Source: an uncultured Nitrososphaerota archaeon
GTDB taxonomy: Archaea; Thermoproteota; EX4484-205; JAAOZP01
NCBI GenBank assembly: GCA_964416155.1
Contig: CAYQCW010000003.1
Location: 151,336 to 215,335, forward strand
Direction of reading: 5' to 3'
DNA length: 64,000 nucleotides
Part shown: positions 47,232-57,434 of the stretch, one piece after another
How the letters are laid out: the number at the start of each line of letters is the position of its first letter
Numbering within the stretch: position 1 is the stretch's first letter
The notes under the pieces: generated by a model
Database searches by the model: none
Told to the model about the DNA's origin: nothing
What the model saw: the letters and a program-made list of their open reading frames with translations, nothing else
Translations under genes and position numbers: made by a program

Positions 47232-47295
47232 CCAGCGCCACTCGGTGACTAAAAAGGGGCTGAAACCATGTATTTAAGGACTACGCTGGAAAAGC

Positions 47296-49686
47296 TTATT
47301 TCCCTATTGTAAAGCTTGCAGTCAACCCTCCTACAGTCACTATGAATATCCCTTCTTCAACGGTTTTTTCCGGGCCGTCCGTGTAGAAACCTAGCTCGTA
47401 AACAGGAATAGTGAAGCTTACTGTCTGCGTCTCGCCTGGCTGAAGCGTTATCTTTTGGAAACGGTATAGCTTTTTCACAGGCGTTGGTAGACTGCTTTCA
47501 ACATCGCTCACATAAACCTGGACTACTTCACTACCTTCACGAGCCCCCGTGTTACTAACGTTCACGCTAATCGTGATTGTGCCTGTCAAAAGCGGTTCCG
47601 TCGGAGTAATATTTAGGCAACTGTATTCGAACGTCGTATAGCTGAGCCCATATCCAAACTCGAAAAGCGGGTCATATTCTTCATTGGACCGACGATCATA
47701 GTTTATCGGTTCTTGAGCAGTAGACTTAGGCCATGAGCGCGGCAGCTTTCCACTAGGATTATAGTCGCCGAATAAAACGTCCGCCACACCCTGGCCTTCA
47801 GTCCCTGGGAGCCAAGCCATCAGAAAAGCATCCCACTCGGGCAGCCTGTTTTCTATGCCTGTTAAGGGTCGGCCGGCAATCATTATAACGACCGTTGGGG
47901 TTCCCGAGGCAACAACCCTGTCTATTATCTTAAGCTGCTCCTCGGGCAGGTCTAGGCTCTCCCTGTCGCCAAGAAATTCAGCGTAGGGGGTTTCCCCAAC
48001 TACGACAATCCCCACGTCATAGGGGCCAGCTATATTGCTAGCGTTTTCGTCGAATATGATCTTGGTGCTCTGGGAAACTGTTTTCCGGATAGCCTCCAGA
48101 ATAGTTGTTCCGATAGTAATGTCACCGCTGCTTCCCTGCCAGGTGATTGTCCAGCCGCCGCATTGGTTCCCAATATCATTTGCATTCGGACCTGCGACAA
48201 AGATCCTACTCACGTTTTTAGGTATTGGAAGAATACCGTTGTTCTTCAGCAGCACCATACTTTCACGGACTGCTTGACGGGCAACCTCCCTGTGCACAGC
48301 ATTACCGACAATCGAGGAAAGACTTTCATCCGCATAAGGATTCTCGAAGAGGCCTAGACGGAATTTAACCACCAGAATCCTGTAGACTGCCTCGTCTATT
48401 CTGCTCAACGGGATCTCGCCGCTGTTAACAAGGTCTCTGAGCGTGGCTTGAAACATTTTCCAGGTGCTTGGAACCATCGCCATATCTATTCCTGCCTCAA
48501 TGCTTTTCTTAACCGCGTTCCTATAGGACGGGTCAACCTGGCTTATTGCCTCCCAGTCAGAAACCAGTAGGCCTTTAAACCCCAGCTCAACCTTTAAAAC
48601 ATCGGTCAGAAAGAATCTACTTCCATGTATCTTCTCACCGTTAATACTGCAGTAAGAAGCCATTACTGACCCTACTCCAGCGTTAACCGCACCTATGAAG
48701 GGTTCGAGATGCTTTTCCCGGAGTATTCTCAGCGGCCCTTGGAAATCCCCTTGATCCCTGCCATTGATGGTTCCACCTGAACCCATGTAATGCTTAGCCG
48801 TAGCCAGAACAGTATCATCCCGGTCAAGCCCACCACCCTCGTATCCCTTAACCGCGCTTATCGCCATTATCTTAACTAGATACGGGTCTTCGCTGAAGGA
48901 CTCGTATGTTCTGCCCCATCGATCGTCTCTGGCGACGTCGATGCACGGTGAGAAAGTCCAGCGGATGCCTGTAGCCCTCACCTCGATCGCCGTGATATGG
49001 GCACACTCTTTAACCAGTTCAGGGTTCCATGTCGCACCCATCCCAATGTTATGGGGGAAAATCACAGCGCCGTAAACATTGTTATGCCCGTGAACAGCGT
49101 CAATACCATATAGAATTGGAATCCCTAGACGTGTTCCTTCAACAGCCTGTCTTTGATACTCGTTGTACATCTTAGCCCAGTTGGAAGGAACGTTAGGAAC
49201 AGGGCAGGATCCCCCGCCGCTCAAAAGCCCGCCTAGATTGTAAGTAGATATGTCTGAGATGCTGCTTATCGATTGCCGGTCTGGAAGAGTCATTTGACCG
49301 ATTTTCTCGTCAAGCGTCATTCGAGAAAGAAGGTCGAGAGCCCTCTCCTCGGGAGAGAGATGCGGGTTACGGTACGGTGCTGTTGAAGGAGGGGGTTGAG
49401 GTGGGGGAGGCCTAGTCGTGAAAACAACTGTTAAGTAAACGCATATTACGGTCACAACTATAATAATAACTCCGGCTATGACCTTTCTTGACTTTTCTGT
49501 TTCTTCTGAGGTTTGCGTCAACAAGTGAAGCAAGGATGCGAGAAGAATAGGGGGCAAGAGTATTGTTTCTACTTTCGCTTGGTTTAAACCGGTTTTCCAT
49601 GGACTTGTCTGTAGACTTAAAGAAAAAACGCATAGTGCCAAGAGCATTTTGAAGACCGGGAGACCTTTTTCCAACTCTCTCACCAA
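47296..49686 (-). CDS. Glycoside hydrolase family 3 (beta-glucosidase/beta-hexosaminidase-like) with N-terminal membrane anchor and Pro-rich linker
   Basis: GH3 motifs (GLLVSDWEAI, KHYMGSGG). PPPPQPPP linker. 796 aa. Confidence 0.8.
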   Translation of the reverse strand: MVRELEKGLPVFKMLLALCVFSLSLQTSPWKTGLNQAKVETILLPPILLASLLHLLTQTSEETEKSRKVIAGVIIIVVTVICVYLTVVFTTRPPPPQPPPSTAPYRNPHLSPEERALDLLSRMTLDEKIGQMTLPDRQSISSISDISTYNLGGLLSGGGSCPVPNVPSNWAKMYNEYQRQAVEGTRLGIPILYGIDAVHGHNNVYGAVIFPHNIGMGATWNPELVKECAHITAIEVRATGIRWTFSPCIDVARDDRWGRTYESFSEDPYLVKIMAISAVKGYEGGGLDRDDTVLATAKHYMGSGGTINGRDQGDFQGPLRILREKHLEPFIGAVNAGVGSVMASYCSINGEKIHGSRFFLTDVLKVELGFKGLLVSDWEAISQVDPSYRNAVKKSIEAGIDMAMVPSTWKMFQATLRDLVNSGEIPLSRIDEAVYRILVVKFRLGLFENPYADESLSSIVGNAVHREVARQAVRESMVLLKNNGILPIPKNVSRIFVAGPNANDIGNQCGGWTITWQGSSGDITIGTTILEAIRKTVSQSTKIIFDENASNIAGPYDVGIVVVGETPYAEFLGDRESLDLPEEQLKIIDRVVASGTPTVVIMIAGRPLTGIENRLPEWDAFLMAWLPGTEGQGVADVLFGDYNPSGKLPRSWPKSTAQEPINYDRRSNEEYDPLFEFGYGLSYTTFEYSCLNITPTEPLLTGTITISVNVSNTGAREGSEVVQVYVSDVESSLPTPVKKLYRFQKITLQPGETQTVSFTIPVYELGFYTDGPEKTVEEGIFIVTVGGLTASFTIGK

Positions 49687-49822
49687 GACATCTGAACATC
49701 CTTCTGAAACTCATATTTAAACTATTTAATACAGATTTAGGATTGAAAGCGTCTTCGACCTGCTAAGCTATCAACTGGTAAAGGAAGAGCAGAAATAACG
49801 AGATGTGGTTCAAGCAGGGTGG

Positions 49823-50543
49823 CTACGGTTTCCTCCCCACGGATATTATGTAGAGCGGTTGCTCTTCATCCGGAAGACTTAGGACCGCCTTAACCTGCTC
49901 ATCGTAAAAGACGCCGACAGTTACAACACCCAGGTTCAAGGCTGCTGCTTGCAGGCATATGTTTTGAGCAACGTGGCCAGCCTCTAAATGCACGTATCTA
50001 ATCCCTCTCTCACCGTATTTCCTAGTGGCCCGTTCATACACTGCGGCTATTACGATGTCTACGGCGATATTCCTCACACATGCTTGACCGAGCAGCTTCA
50101 GCTAAAGAGACCCTCTTATCACCATCCAGAACCCTAATAACCTCGTTCCCTTCCGACACATACTTGTATACACCGGGAGCAAGATCCCCCACGTCCCCAA
50201 CTATAAGATAAACCTCAAGAGGGTAGAGGGCCCCGGCGGAAGGAGCCGTTCTTAACCCCTGTGGGTCAGTAATGCCCTTGGCAGCCCAAAGCAATTGAGA
50301 AACCTCCTGCAAGGTTAAGCGTGCGCTAGCATATTCTCTTACTGATCTTCTTTTAAGCAGAGCCTCTTCAACAGAAATCTCGCTCTCATAGCGAGGCTCA
50401 GGAAGCCTCAGCCTCGTCGCGTTAATCCAAACAGGAGCATGGCTCCGAGCCGGATGTAGGAAAAAGTATGGGGATAAGGCGGCTATCAGAATTATTGAGA
50501 CAAATATCGCGACTGTTAAAACACGTTTGCCCCCCATAGCCAA
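49823..50543 (-). pseudogene. Nitroreductase-family protein split by a frameshift (169 aa + 84 aa)
   Basis: The N-terminal ORF has a TM anchor and the start of the nitroreductase fold. The C-terminal ORF has ERATRKYGERGIRYVHLEAGH. The ORFs overlap at 50034-50077. Confidence 0.5.
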
Positions 50544-50711
50544 GTTTCATGATTTATTTAGAACAGATAGTGTCAATTAAATGTAACGTACTTAGGATGC
50601 GGACAGCAGGATAAGGATTGGAAAATTTCAACCACTACATTAATAGTGCGCCAGCTGAATAGAAGTGTTAATGGCTTCGAGACGGGTTTCTAACTTGACT
50701 CATCTGAGAAA

Positions 50712-50813
50712 TGCGGGGGGTGGGATTTGAACCCACGAACCCCTACGGGACTGGAGCCTCAGTCCAGCGCCTTTAACCTAGCTTTGCCGCTTCTTGGCTT
50801 TGGCGACCCCCGC
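50712..50813 (-). tRNA. tRNA-Leu(GAG) with a ~15-nt D-loop insertion/intron
   Basis: GCGGGGG...CTGGA-CTGAGGC-TCCAG, long variable arm TCCCGTAGGGG, GTGGGTTCAAATCCCAC-CCCCCGC-A. Confidence 0.75.
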
Positions 50814-51081
50814 CTGTCAATTTTTATGCAGTGGTGGATTAAAAGTTTTTTGATTCATTGGTAATGCGTATTGCCCCTTCTGGAGGTTTTAGCAAAGGGG
50901 GTTATTTTACAGGAATCTGCAGGGTTAACCTTCTATTCTGACTCGTATCTTTTAGGAAGTGAGAGTTGCAACGGGGTTCTCAATGTCCTTTTCCGCCTAA
51001 ATATGATGCCTCTTTAGTTTTAGAAGAGCTAGAATGGATAAAGTTTATTTAACTTATCCCAAGGGTTTTAAAAGAGGTTAG

Positions 51082-52293
51082 TTGGCAATAAACGTGAATC
51101 AACTGCGGACATACCCTGTTCCCAAGCAGAAGATAGAGATTGTTGAGAGGAAGGGGCTCGGCCACCCGGATACCATTTCAGACATGATTATGAACGAGCT
51201 TTCAGTTGAGCTCTGCCGGCTCTACCTTAAGGAGTTTAACATGGTTCTCCACTATAATCTTGATAAGAGCCTGCTGGTTGCCGGCGAGTCTGAGACGAGG
51301 TTCGGAGGAGGGGTTGTTAAGAAGCCGATGAAGCTTATTTTCGGAGATAGGGCAACCTATAGTTTCAACGGCAGGGAGCTGCCTATAGAGAAGCTTGCCG
51401 TAGATTCTGCTAAGAAATGGTTCCGGAGGAACCTGAGGTTCGTCGATCCGGATAAGCATGTTTCCTACGAGGTTCAGATAGGAAGGAGTGCGGCGAACCT
51501 AGCTGACATTTTTAAGCGGGGAGGAGAGTTTCTGGGCGCTAACGATACTTCCGCAGCTGTGGGGTATGCTCCTTTATCCCCGCTTGAGAATCTTGTTCTA
51601 GATGTTGAGCGACATTTGAACAGCGAGGATTTTAAGAAGGAGTTTGAGGAAACCGGGGAGGATGTAAAGGTTATGGGTTATAGGATAGATAGCATGGTTG
51701 ACCTGACTATAGCAATGTCCTACGTGGACCGCTTCATAGACCGCGAGGAGGCCTATTTCAGGTTTAAGAAGGAGGTTGTTGAACATTTGAAGACTTACAT
51801 TGAGGACAATTATGATTTTAAGAAAGTAAACATCACCCTGAATAGTCTGGATACTAGGGGGAGAGGGGAAGACGGAATATATTTGACTGTCACCGGTACT
51901 TCCGCTGAGGCAGGAGACAGCGGACAGGTTGGCAGGGGTAATCGGGTGAACGGGGTTATAGCCCTGTTGAGGCCTGCAGGTTCAGAAGCTGCTGCCGGCA
52001 AGAATCCTGTCAGCCATGTTGGAAAAATATATAATCTTTTATCGTTTAAAATTGCTAACGATATAATTGAAAAGGTTGATGGTGTTGAGGAGGTTTACGT
52101 ATGGCTTCTCAGCCAGATAGGAGTACCTGTTAACAAACCTAAGCTGGTTTCAGTGCAAGTGATTCTGGAAGAAGGGTTGACCATGGAGGTTCTGGAGAAG
52201 CCTATAGCGGAGGTTGTTGAGGAAAGTCTAAGCGACGATTCGCTAAGGAGCTTCATAAATGATCTGATAGAGGGAAAACTGAGAGTATGCTAA
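51082..52293 (+). CDS. mat: S-adenosylmethionine synthetase, archaeal type
   Basis: 403 aa. Archaeal-MAT N-terminus with GHPD motif. Confidence 0.8.
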   Translation: MAINVNQLRTYPVPKQKIEIVERKGLGHPDTISDMIMNELSVELCRLYLKEFNMVLHYNLDKSLLVAGESETRFGGGVVKKPMKLIFGDRATYSFNGRELPIEKLAVDSAKKWFRRNLRFVDPDKHVSYEVQIGRSAANLADIFKRGGEFLGANDTSAAVGYAPLSPLENLVLDVERHLNSEDFKKEFEETGEDVKVMGYRIDSMVDLTIAMSYVDRFIDREEAYFRFKKEVVEHLKTYIEDNYDFKKVNITLNSLDTRGRGEDGIYLTVTGTSAEAGDSGQVGRGNRVNGVIALLRPAGSEAAAGKNPVSHVGKIYNLLSFKIANDIIEKVDGVEEVYVWLLSQIGVPVNKPKLVSVQVILEEGLTMEVLEKPIAEVVEESLSDDSLRSFINDLIEGKLRVC

Positions 52294-53729
52294 GCCAAGA
52301 GGAAACCAGCAAGCTTAAGATAGGTCTTGAAATCCACGTGCAGTTAACAAATCTGAAAACCAAGCTTTTCTGTCCTTGTCCTTCTGACTATCGCGGTAAG
52401 AAGCCGAACGAAAACGTTTGCCCAGTCTGCCTAGGACTGCCCGGCACGCTGCCGCAGGTTAACAGCAAGGCTATTGAAAGCGCGATAGCTGTTTGCCTCG
52501 CATTCAAGGCGAAAGTACAACCCTATGTTGTTTTCAGCCGGAAGAATTATTTCTATCCAGATATGAATAAGAACTATCAGATAACGCAGTACGACAAGGC
52601 GGGGGGAGCGACGATAGGTGTCGGAGGACATGTCACGATAAACATGGAGGGGGAGAGGAGAGAAATACCTTTCAAGAGAATACAGCTCGAGGAAGACCCT
52701 GGTAGACTGGTCCATGTGGAAAAAGGAAGGATCAGGAAAACCTACATAGACTACAACAGGGCAGGAATAGCCCTCATAGAGATCGTCACAGAGCCGGTTA
52801 TGCACCAGCCTAAAGAGGCACGTCTAGTCTTAGAGAAAGTGCAGACAACCCTAGAGCATCTTGGTGTTCTCGACCCCTCCTTCGAGGGTTCCATGAGGTG
52901 TGATGCAAATGTTTCTTACGCCGGAGGGGCGAGGGTAGAAATTAAAAACATCAGCTCCTTTAGAGAGGTGGAGCAGGCGTTACGTTTCGAAGAACTAAGG
53001 TTAGCTTATCTTCCTAAGCTGGAGAGCACTGTTACGAAAAGATGGGGAGAAAAAGAGGGGGTTACAGCAACATCTAGGGAGAAGGAAACTGAGGAGGATT
53101 ATCGTTACTTCCCTGAGCCCGACATTCCACCGATACTGGTTGACGAGAAGATTGTTGAGAGGATTAGAGGGTGCTTGCCTGAGCTGCCTGATGAACGGCT
53201 AGAAAGATTTATGAGAACCTACGGGTTGCCTGAAAAATTGGCTTCAATCCTAGTGATGGAGAAGCCCGTTGCAGACTTCTTTGAAGAAGCATTACAGTTT
53301 TTAAATGATCCTAGGGAGGTTGCATACTGGCTTACTAATGAGGTTGTGAGAAGATGGCGGGAGTGTGGCGTGGACTATAGAAAAAGCAAGTTTAAGCCTA
53401 AGAATCTAGCGAAGCTTGTCAACATGGTTAAGGTGGGTGCTTTGACCCCCCGTATGGCGAAAAGTATTCTCTGGGATGTGGTTTTAACAGGTGAAGATGT
53501 TGAAGAGCATATTGAGCGGAAAGGCATCAGCATAATAAGGGATCTAAGCATGCTCAGACAAATGGTTCTAAATGTTTTAGAGGAAAATCCGGGTCTTAGA
53601 GAAAATGCTTCAAAGAATAGGCGGATAGTTGATTTTATATGTGGAGAAGTTCAAAAGAAGCTCGATGGAAGAGCAGACCCGATTATTCTCAGGGATGAGG
53701 TAAAGAGGCTGATTGAGGGGGACAATTGA
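52287..53729 (+). CDS. gatB: Asp-tRNA(Asn)/Glu-tRNA(Gln) amidotransferase subunit B
   Basis: 480 aa. N-terminal LEIHVQL..CPC..CPVCLGLPG and a C-terminal GatB/YqeY domain. Confidence 0.8.
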   Translation: MLSQEETSKLKIGLEIHVQLTNLKTKLFCPCPSDYRGKKPNENVCPVCLGLPGTLPQVNSKAIESAIAVCLAFKAKVQPYVVFSRKNYFYPDMNKNYQITQYDKAGGATIGVGGHVTINMEGERREIPFKRIQLEEDPGRLVHVEKGRIRKTYIDYNRAGIALIEIVTEPVMHQPKEARLVLEKVQTTLEHLGVLDPSFEGSMRCDANVSYAGGARVEIKNISSFREVEQALRFEELRLAYLPKLESTVTKRWGEKEGVTATSREKETEEDYRYFPEPDIPPILVDEKIVERIRGCLPELPDERLERFMRTYGLPEKLASILVMEKPVADFFEEALQFLNDPREVAYWLTNEVVRRWRECGVDYRKSKFKPKNLAKLVNMVKVGALTPRMAKSILWDVVLTGEDVEEHIERKGISIIRDLSMLRQMVLNVLEENPGLRENASKNRRIVDFICGEVQKKLDGRADPIILRDEVKRLIEGDN

Positions 53730-55048
53730 AAATGCTTGAAAGCCTTTCAGAGAGGCTTCAAAATGCACTCAAGTTCATTACTAGACAGGCCTATGTAAGT
53801 GAGAAAGAGGTTGCGGAATATTTGCGGGAGGTTCAACGAGCACTGATAATGGGAGATGTTGACGTCAAGCTTGTAAGCCAGCTTACTGAAGAGATTAAGA
53901 AAGAGTTTAAAGAGACGAGAGAAGAGTACGGAGTATCCTTAAAAGACAGGGTTGTCTATGCAACTTACCAAGGTCTTATCCGGATTCTTGGAGGCGAGAA
54001 GAAGGCGCTTCGCATCGTGCCCAATCAGCTCAACATCTTCGTCTTTATGGGAATACAGGGTTCAGGGAAGACTACAAGCGTCGGCAAGGTTGCCTATCTT
54101 CTCAAGAGAAAAAATAGAAGGGTGGGGGTTATATCTGGTGATGTTTTCAGACCGGGTGCTGCAGACCAGCTAAGGCAACTTTTAGAGGGGATTGGCATAC
54201 CGCTTTACGCAGAGCCTTTAGGAAAATCGTCCGTAGAAATCATAAAAAACGGCATAAAATGGGCTAAAGGGATAGATCTTGAAGTTGTTCTCGTAGATAC
54301 TGCTGGGAGACATAGGTCAGAAGCGTCCTTAATGGACGAAATGAAGCAGATAATAGATGAGGTTAACCCTACTGCAACAATACTTGTCATAGACGCTATG
54401 ATAGGCCAGCAGGCTAGGGCTCAGGCAGAAGCCTTCAACAAGGTTGCGAAAGTAGGATATGTCATAGTTACTAAGCTAGACGGTTCGGCTAAGGGCGGCG
54501 GAGCTCTTTCAGCGGTTGCCTCTGTTGGGGCACCAATTATATTCGTAGGAGTTGGCGAAGACCTTGAAGAGTTCGAAGAGTTCGACCCGGTTAAATTTGT
54601 TTCCCGGCTGCTTGGAAGACCGGATTTAGAATCCATAGTTGCTAGGGTCCAACAAATGTCTAAGGAGGAGCGGCTTAGAATGCAGAAAATGGCTCAGGGC
54701 AAGTTCACTATCGAAGAATTCATACAGCAGCTTGAATCTGTAAGAAAAATCGGTGATCTTCAAGCATTATTATCTAATCTTCCCGGTGGAAGAAAGCCGG
54801 ATAAGAAGGAGCTGGAGGAGTTTATGAGGAAGTTAAAAAGATGGAAGGCGATTGTAAACTCGATGAATATGGAGGAGAGAAATGATGTTACTATAATAGA
54901 CTCCTCGCGAGTCAAACGTATTGCAAGAGGATCGGGAACTTCAGAGAAAGATGTTAGAGAACTCATAAAACAATATACTGCCACAAAAAAAGCCGTCAGG
55001 AAAATGTCCAAAGAAGCTTTAAGAAAGCTTTCTTATTTGAGGTTTTAA
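53726..55048 (+). CDS. srp54: Signal recognition particle protein SRP54
   Basis: N domain, then G domain with GIQGSGKTT and DTAGR, then the Met-rich M domain. Confidence 0.9.
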   Translation: MKMLESLSERLQNALKFITRQAYVSEKEVAEYLREVQRALIMGDVDVKLVSQLTEEIKKEFKETREEYGVSLKDRVVYATYQGLIRILGGEKKALRIVPNQLNIFVFMGIQGSGKTTSVGKVAYLLKRKNRRVGVISGDVFRPGAADQLRQLLEGIGIPLYAEPLGKSSVEIIKNGIKWAKGIDLEVVLVDTAGRHRSEASLMDEMKQIIDEVNPTATILVIDAMIGQQARAQAEAFNKVAKVGYVIVTKLDGSAKGGGALSAVASVGAPIIFVGVGEDLEEFEEFDPVKFVSRLLGRPDLESIVARVQQMSKEERLRMQKMAQGKFTIEEFIQQLESVRKIGDLQALLSNLPGGRKPDKKELEEFMRKLKRWKAIVNSMNMEERNDVTIIDSSRVKRIARGSGTSEKDVRELIKQYTATKKAVRKMSKEALRKLSYLRF

Positions 55049-55050
55049 AA

Positions 55051-56340
55051 ATGGATTTATTGAAGTATTTGAAAAAGCTCATGGTATCTATCCCGCTTTG
55101 TGACAGATGTTTGGGCAGACAGTTTTCAAACCTTATACCATCCCCTGACAATGAGGCCAAGGGCAGGGTTTTGAAAGATTTTCTTTTCATGAATGAAATG
55201 CTAACCAAGGAGGAAAAACATCGAAAGGCTTTGAAAATAGTTAAAGCCTTGGCCGAATCTGGACATGGGCCTTCGTCGAGCTTTATTAAAAAGAACCTGG
55301 GTGTGAACATAGTTCCTGAGCCTTGCTATATTTGCGAAAACGAAGTCGATTCTTTAATAGAGAATGCTGTCGCCAGCATCATTGAGAAAGCATCAGAAGT
55401 AGAATTCAAAACTTTTTACGTAGGACTTACGCTGCCGGTTTCCATTGAGGAGAAAGATGAAAAAGTGAAGTCTTTCTTTAAGCTGAAGTTTGGAGAAGCT
55501 TTGAAAAACGAGCTCAACAGAGAGGTAATTAGGAAAGTAGAGAGAACGTTGCAGAAGAAGCCGGAGATGAAGAGACCTGACGTTCTCTTCATATATGATG
55601 CTGTGAGAAAGCAGGTTTCGATGCAGATAAATTCGGTTTTCCTTAAATCCAGTTACAAAAAGCTTGTTGGAGGAATTGCTCAAACAAAGTGGCGGGGAAT
55701 CGACGGTGAGAATACAACGCCTTCCGTAGAAAAAATGCTGGAAGAGATCCTTTTACCAGCTTATAAGGGTAGAGGTTTAAAATTTCACGGTGCTGGGAGA
55801 GAGGATGTCGATGTAAAAATGCTTGGGAAGGGAAGACGCTTCATAGTTGAAATACTTGAGCCAAAGATTAGGAATGTGGATTTAGAGAAACTGCGTTCAG
55901 AGTTTAACAGAAGGTTTGGAAACATGGTTGAGATAGCTGAATTCCTATACGCAACCCATTCTGAAGTACCTCGACTCAAGCTGGAGGCGGAAATCCATAA
56001 GAAGAGTTACAGAGTCTTATTTGAAACAGAAAGAAAAGCTTCGGAAGAAGAGTTAAGAGATTTATCGGAAAGGCTTACTGGAGCCGTGGTTAATCAGAGT
56101 ACCCCTTTAAGAGTATTGAAAAGGAGGAAGGATAAGGTTAGGAGAAAAATCGTTTACAAAGCTGTTTTTAGAAGGCTCGAAGGCAACCTTTATGAGGCAT
56201 CCATAACTTGCAGTGGAGGGCTTTACGTTAAAGAACTTCTCCACGGTGACGAGGGGAGAACAGTCCCCTCAGTAGCCGGGCTTCTTAACACGAAGATTAA
56301 AATAGTGGAGATGGAAGTGACGGGTATTGAAGGTGGTTAA
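55051..56340 (+). CDS. pus10: tRNA pseudouridine(54/55) synthase Pus10
   Basis: N-terminal CDRCLGRQF zinc/THUMP region and a C-terminal PUS catalytic domain. 429 aa. Confidence 0.6.
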   Translation: MDLLKYLKKLMVSIPLCDRCLGRQFSNLIPSPDNEAKGRVLKDFLFMNEMLTKEEKHRKALKIVKALAESGHGPSSSFIKKNLGVNIVPEPCYICENEVDSLIENAVASIIEKASEVEFKTFYVGLTLPVSIEEKDEKVKSFFKLKFGEALKNELNREVIRKVERTLQKKPEMKRPDVLFIYDAVRKQVSMQINSVFLKSSYKKLVGGIAQTKWRGIDGENTTPSVEKMLEEILLPAYKGRGLKFHGAGREDVDVKMLGKGRRFIVEILEPKIRNVDLEKLRSEFNRRFGNMVEIAEFLYATHSEVPRLKLEAEIHKKSYRVLFETERKASEEELRDLSERLTGAVVNQSTPLRVLKRRKDKVRRKIVYKAVFRRLEGNLYEASITCSGGLYVKELLHGDEGRTVPSVAGLLNTKIKIVEMEVTGIEGG

Positions 56341-56346
56341 GTAAAA

Positions 56347-56634
56347 ATGCCTCAAACCTCCGGGAGAAGAATAAAAGCTAGAAGCCTGCTTAAGAAAAAA
56401 GTTAGAGAGAGAGGAATAAAACCCCCCTCATACCTTTTGCAAGACTATAGGCAGGGGGATAGGGTAGTCTTAAAGTATGACTCCTCAGTTCATAAGGGGA
56501 TGCCTCATAGGAGGTTCTACGGCAAAATAGGGACTGTAATAGGCAAAAGAGGGAGAGCATATGTCATCCAAGTAGTAGACGGGGATAAAACAAAAACTTT
56601 AATTGCAAGATCAGAGCATTTAAAGAGGCTGTAG
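56347..56634 (+). CDS. rpl21e: 50S ribosomal protein L21e
   Basis: 95 aa, basic. Typical L21e sequence (RSLLKKKVRERG...GDRVVLK). Confidence 0.8.
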   Translation: MPQTSGRRIKARSLLKKKVRERGIKPPSYLLQDYRQGDRVVLKYDSSVHKGMPHRRFYGKIGTVIGKRGRAYVIQVVDGDKTKTLIARSEHLKRL

Positions 56635-56637
56635 ATA

Positions 56638-56967
56638 ATGGGTATTCAAAAGATATCTGAAACAGATATAACGATACCTGAGGCGCTTGAAACCCTTTCC
56701 GCACAGGAGGATTTGAAGCAATATCAGCGACTGGTCTTAGACTATTTGAAAGAGGCTTCTAAACTTCCCGCGGATAAGGCTAAAAATCTATTGGAAGAAC
56801 TTATGAAGGAGGCTGGTCTTACTAGGAAAGAAGCGGTTATGCTTGTCAACATACTGCCGAAGAGTAAATATGAGATAATGGCAATCCTGTCTGGTGGGAG
56901 GGATAAGGAGTTTTTAACTCTTGAAAAAGTTGAAAAGATTAAAAGTATCATTGATAAGTATGCCTGA
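56638..56967 (+). CDS. rpoF: DNA-directed RNA polymerase subunit F (Rpo4/Rpb4-like)
   Basis: 109 aa and acidic. Follows rpl21e as in the conserved archaeal L21e-RpoF cluster. Confidence 0.5.
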   Translation: MGIQKISETDITIPEALETLSAQEDLKQYQRLVLDYLKEASKLPADKAKNLLEELMKEAGLTRKEAVMLVNILPKSKYEIMAILSGGRDKEFLTLEKVEKIKSIIDKYA

Positions 56968-56993
56968 ATCGGGTGAAACCTTCTTGTAAAAAC

Positions 56994-57386
56994 TTACTTG
57001 ACCCGCATTATTTTCTGTCTTCCGCCGACTCTCCAGTATTCCACGGTTACTCCTTGAACTATACTGTTTTTAAGACTCTGGTCCTGGGGTAGCGGTATTT
57101 CGAAAACCTCGTATGTTTCAAGATCCATTATTTGCGCATTGTCACCTATTATTGCAAGCACCTGGGCGTTTCTCTTCTCTATCATGGGGACCTCCACCTT
57201 AGCGTCAACAGGGCTTAACAGGGTGTGTTTAGACCCATTGAACAAGCCTATGCCTACGACACGGGCCTTAGCACTGCCATGTTTGCCTGGCTTAGAGTGC
57301 GAAACCTCCACTATTTGACATGGCTCATTATCAATCATGAGCCAAGACCCCTCTTTCAACTCTCCTAGCTCGACTACTTTACCCAT
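56994..57386 (-). CDS. eif5a: Translation initiation factor 5A
   Basis: Hypusination loop [11 protein letters not shown]. 130 aa. Confidence 0.85.
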   Translation of the reverse strand: MGKVVELGELKEGSWLMIDNEPCQIVEVSHSKPGKHGSAKARVVGIGLFNGSKHTLLSPVDAKVEVPMIEKRNAQVLAIIGDNAQIMDLETYEVFEIPLPQDQSLKNSIVQGVTVEYWRVGGRQKIMRVK

Positions 57387-57434
57387 TTTGGGGAAAACTA
57401 ATAAGCCGCGTATTTAAAAAACTTATGTAACAAG

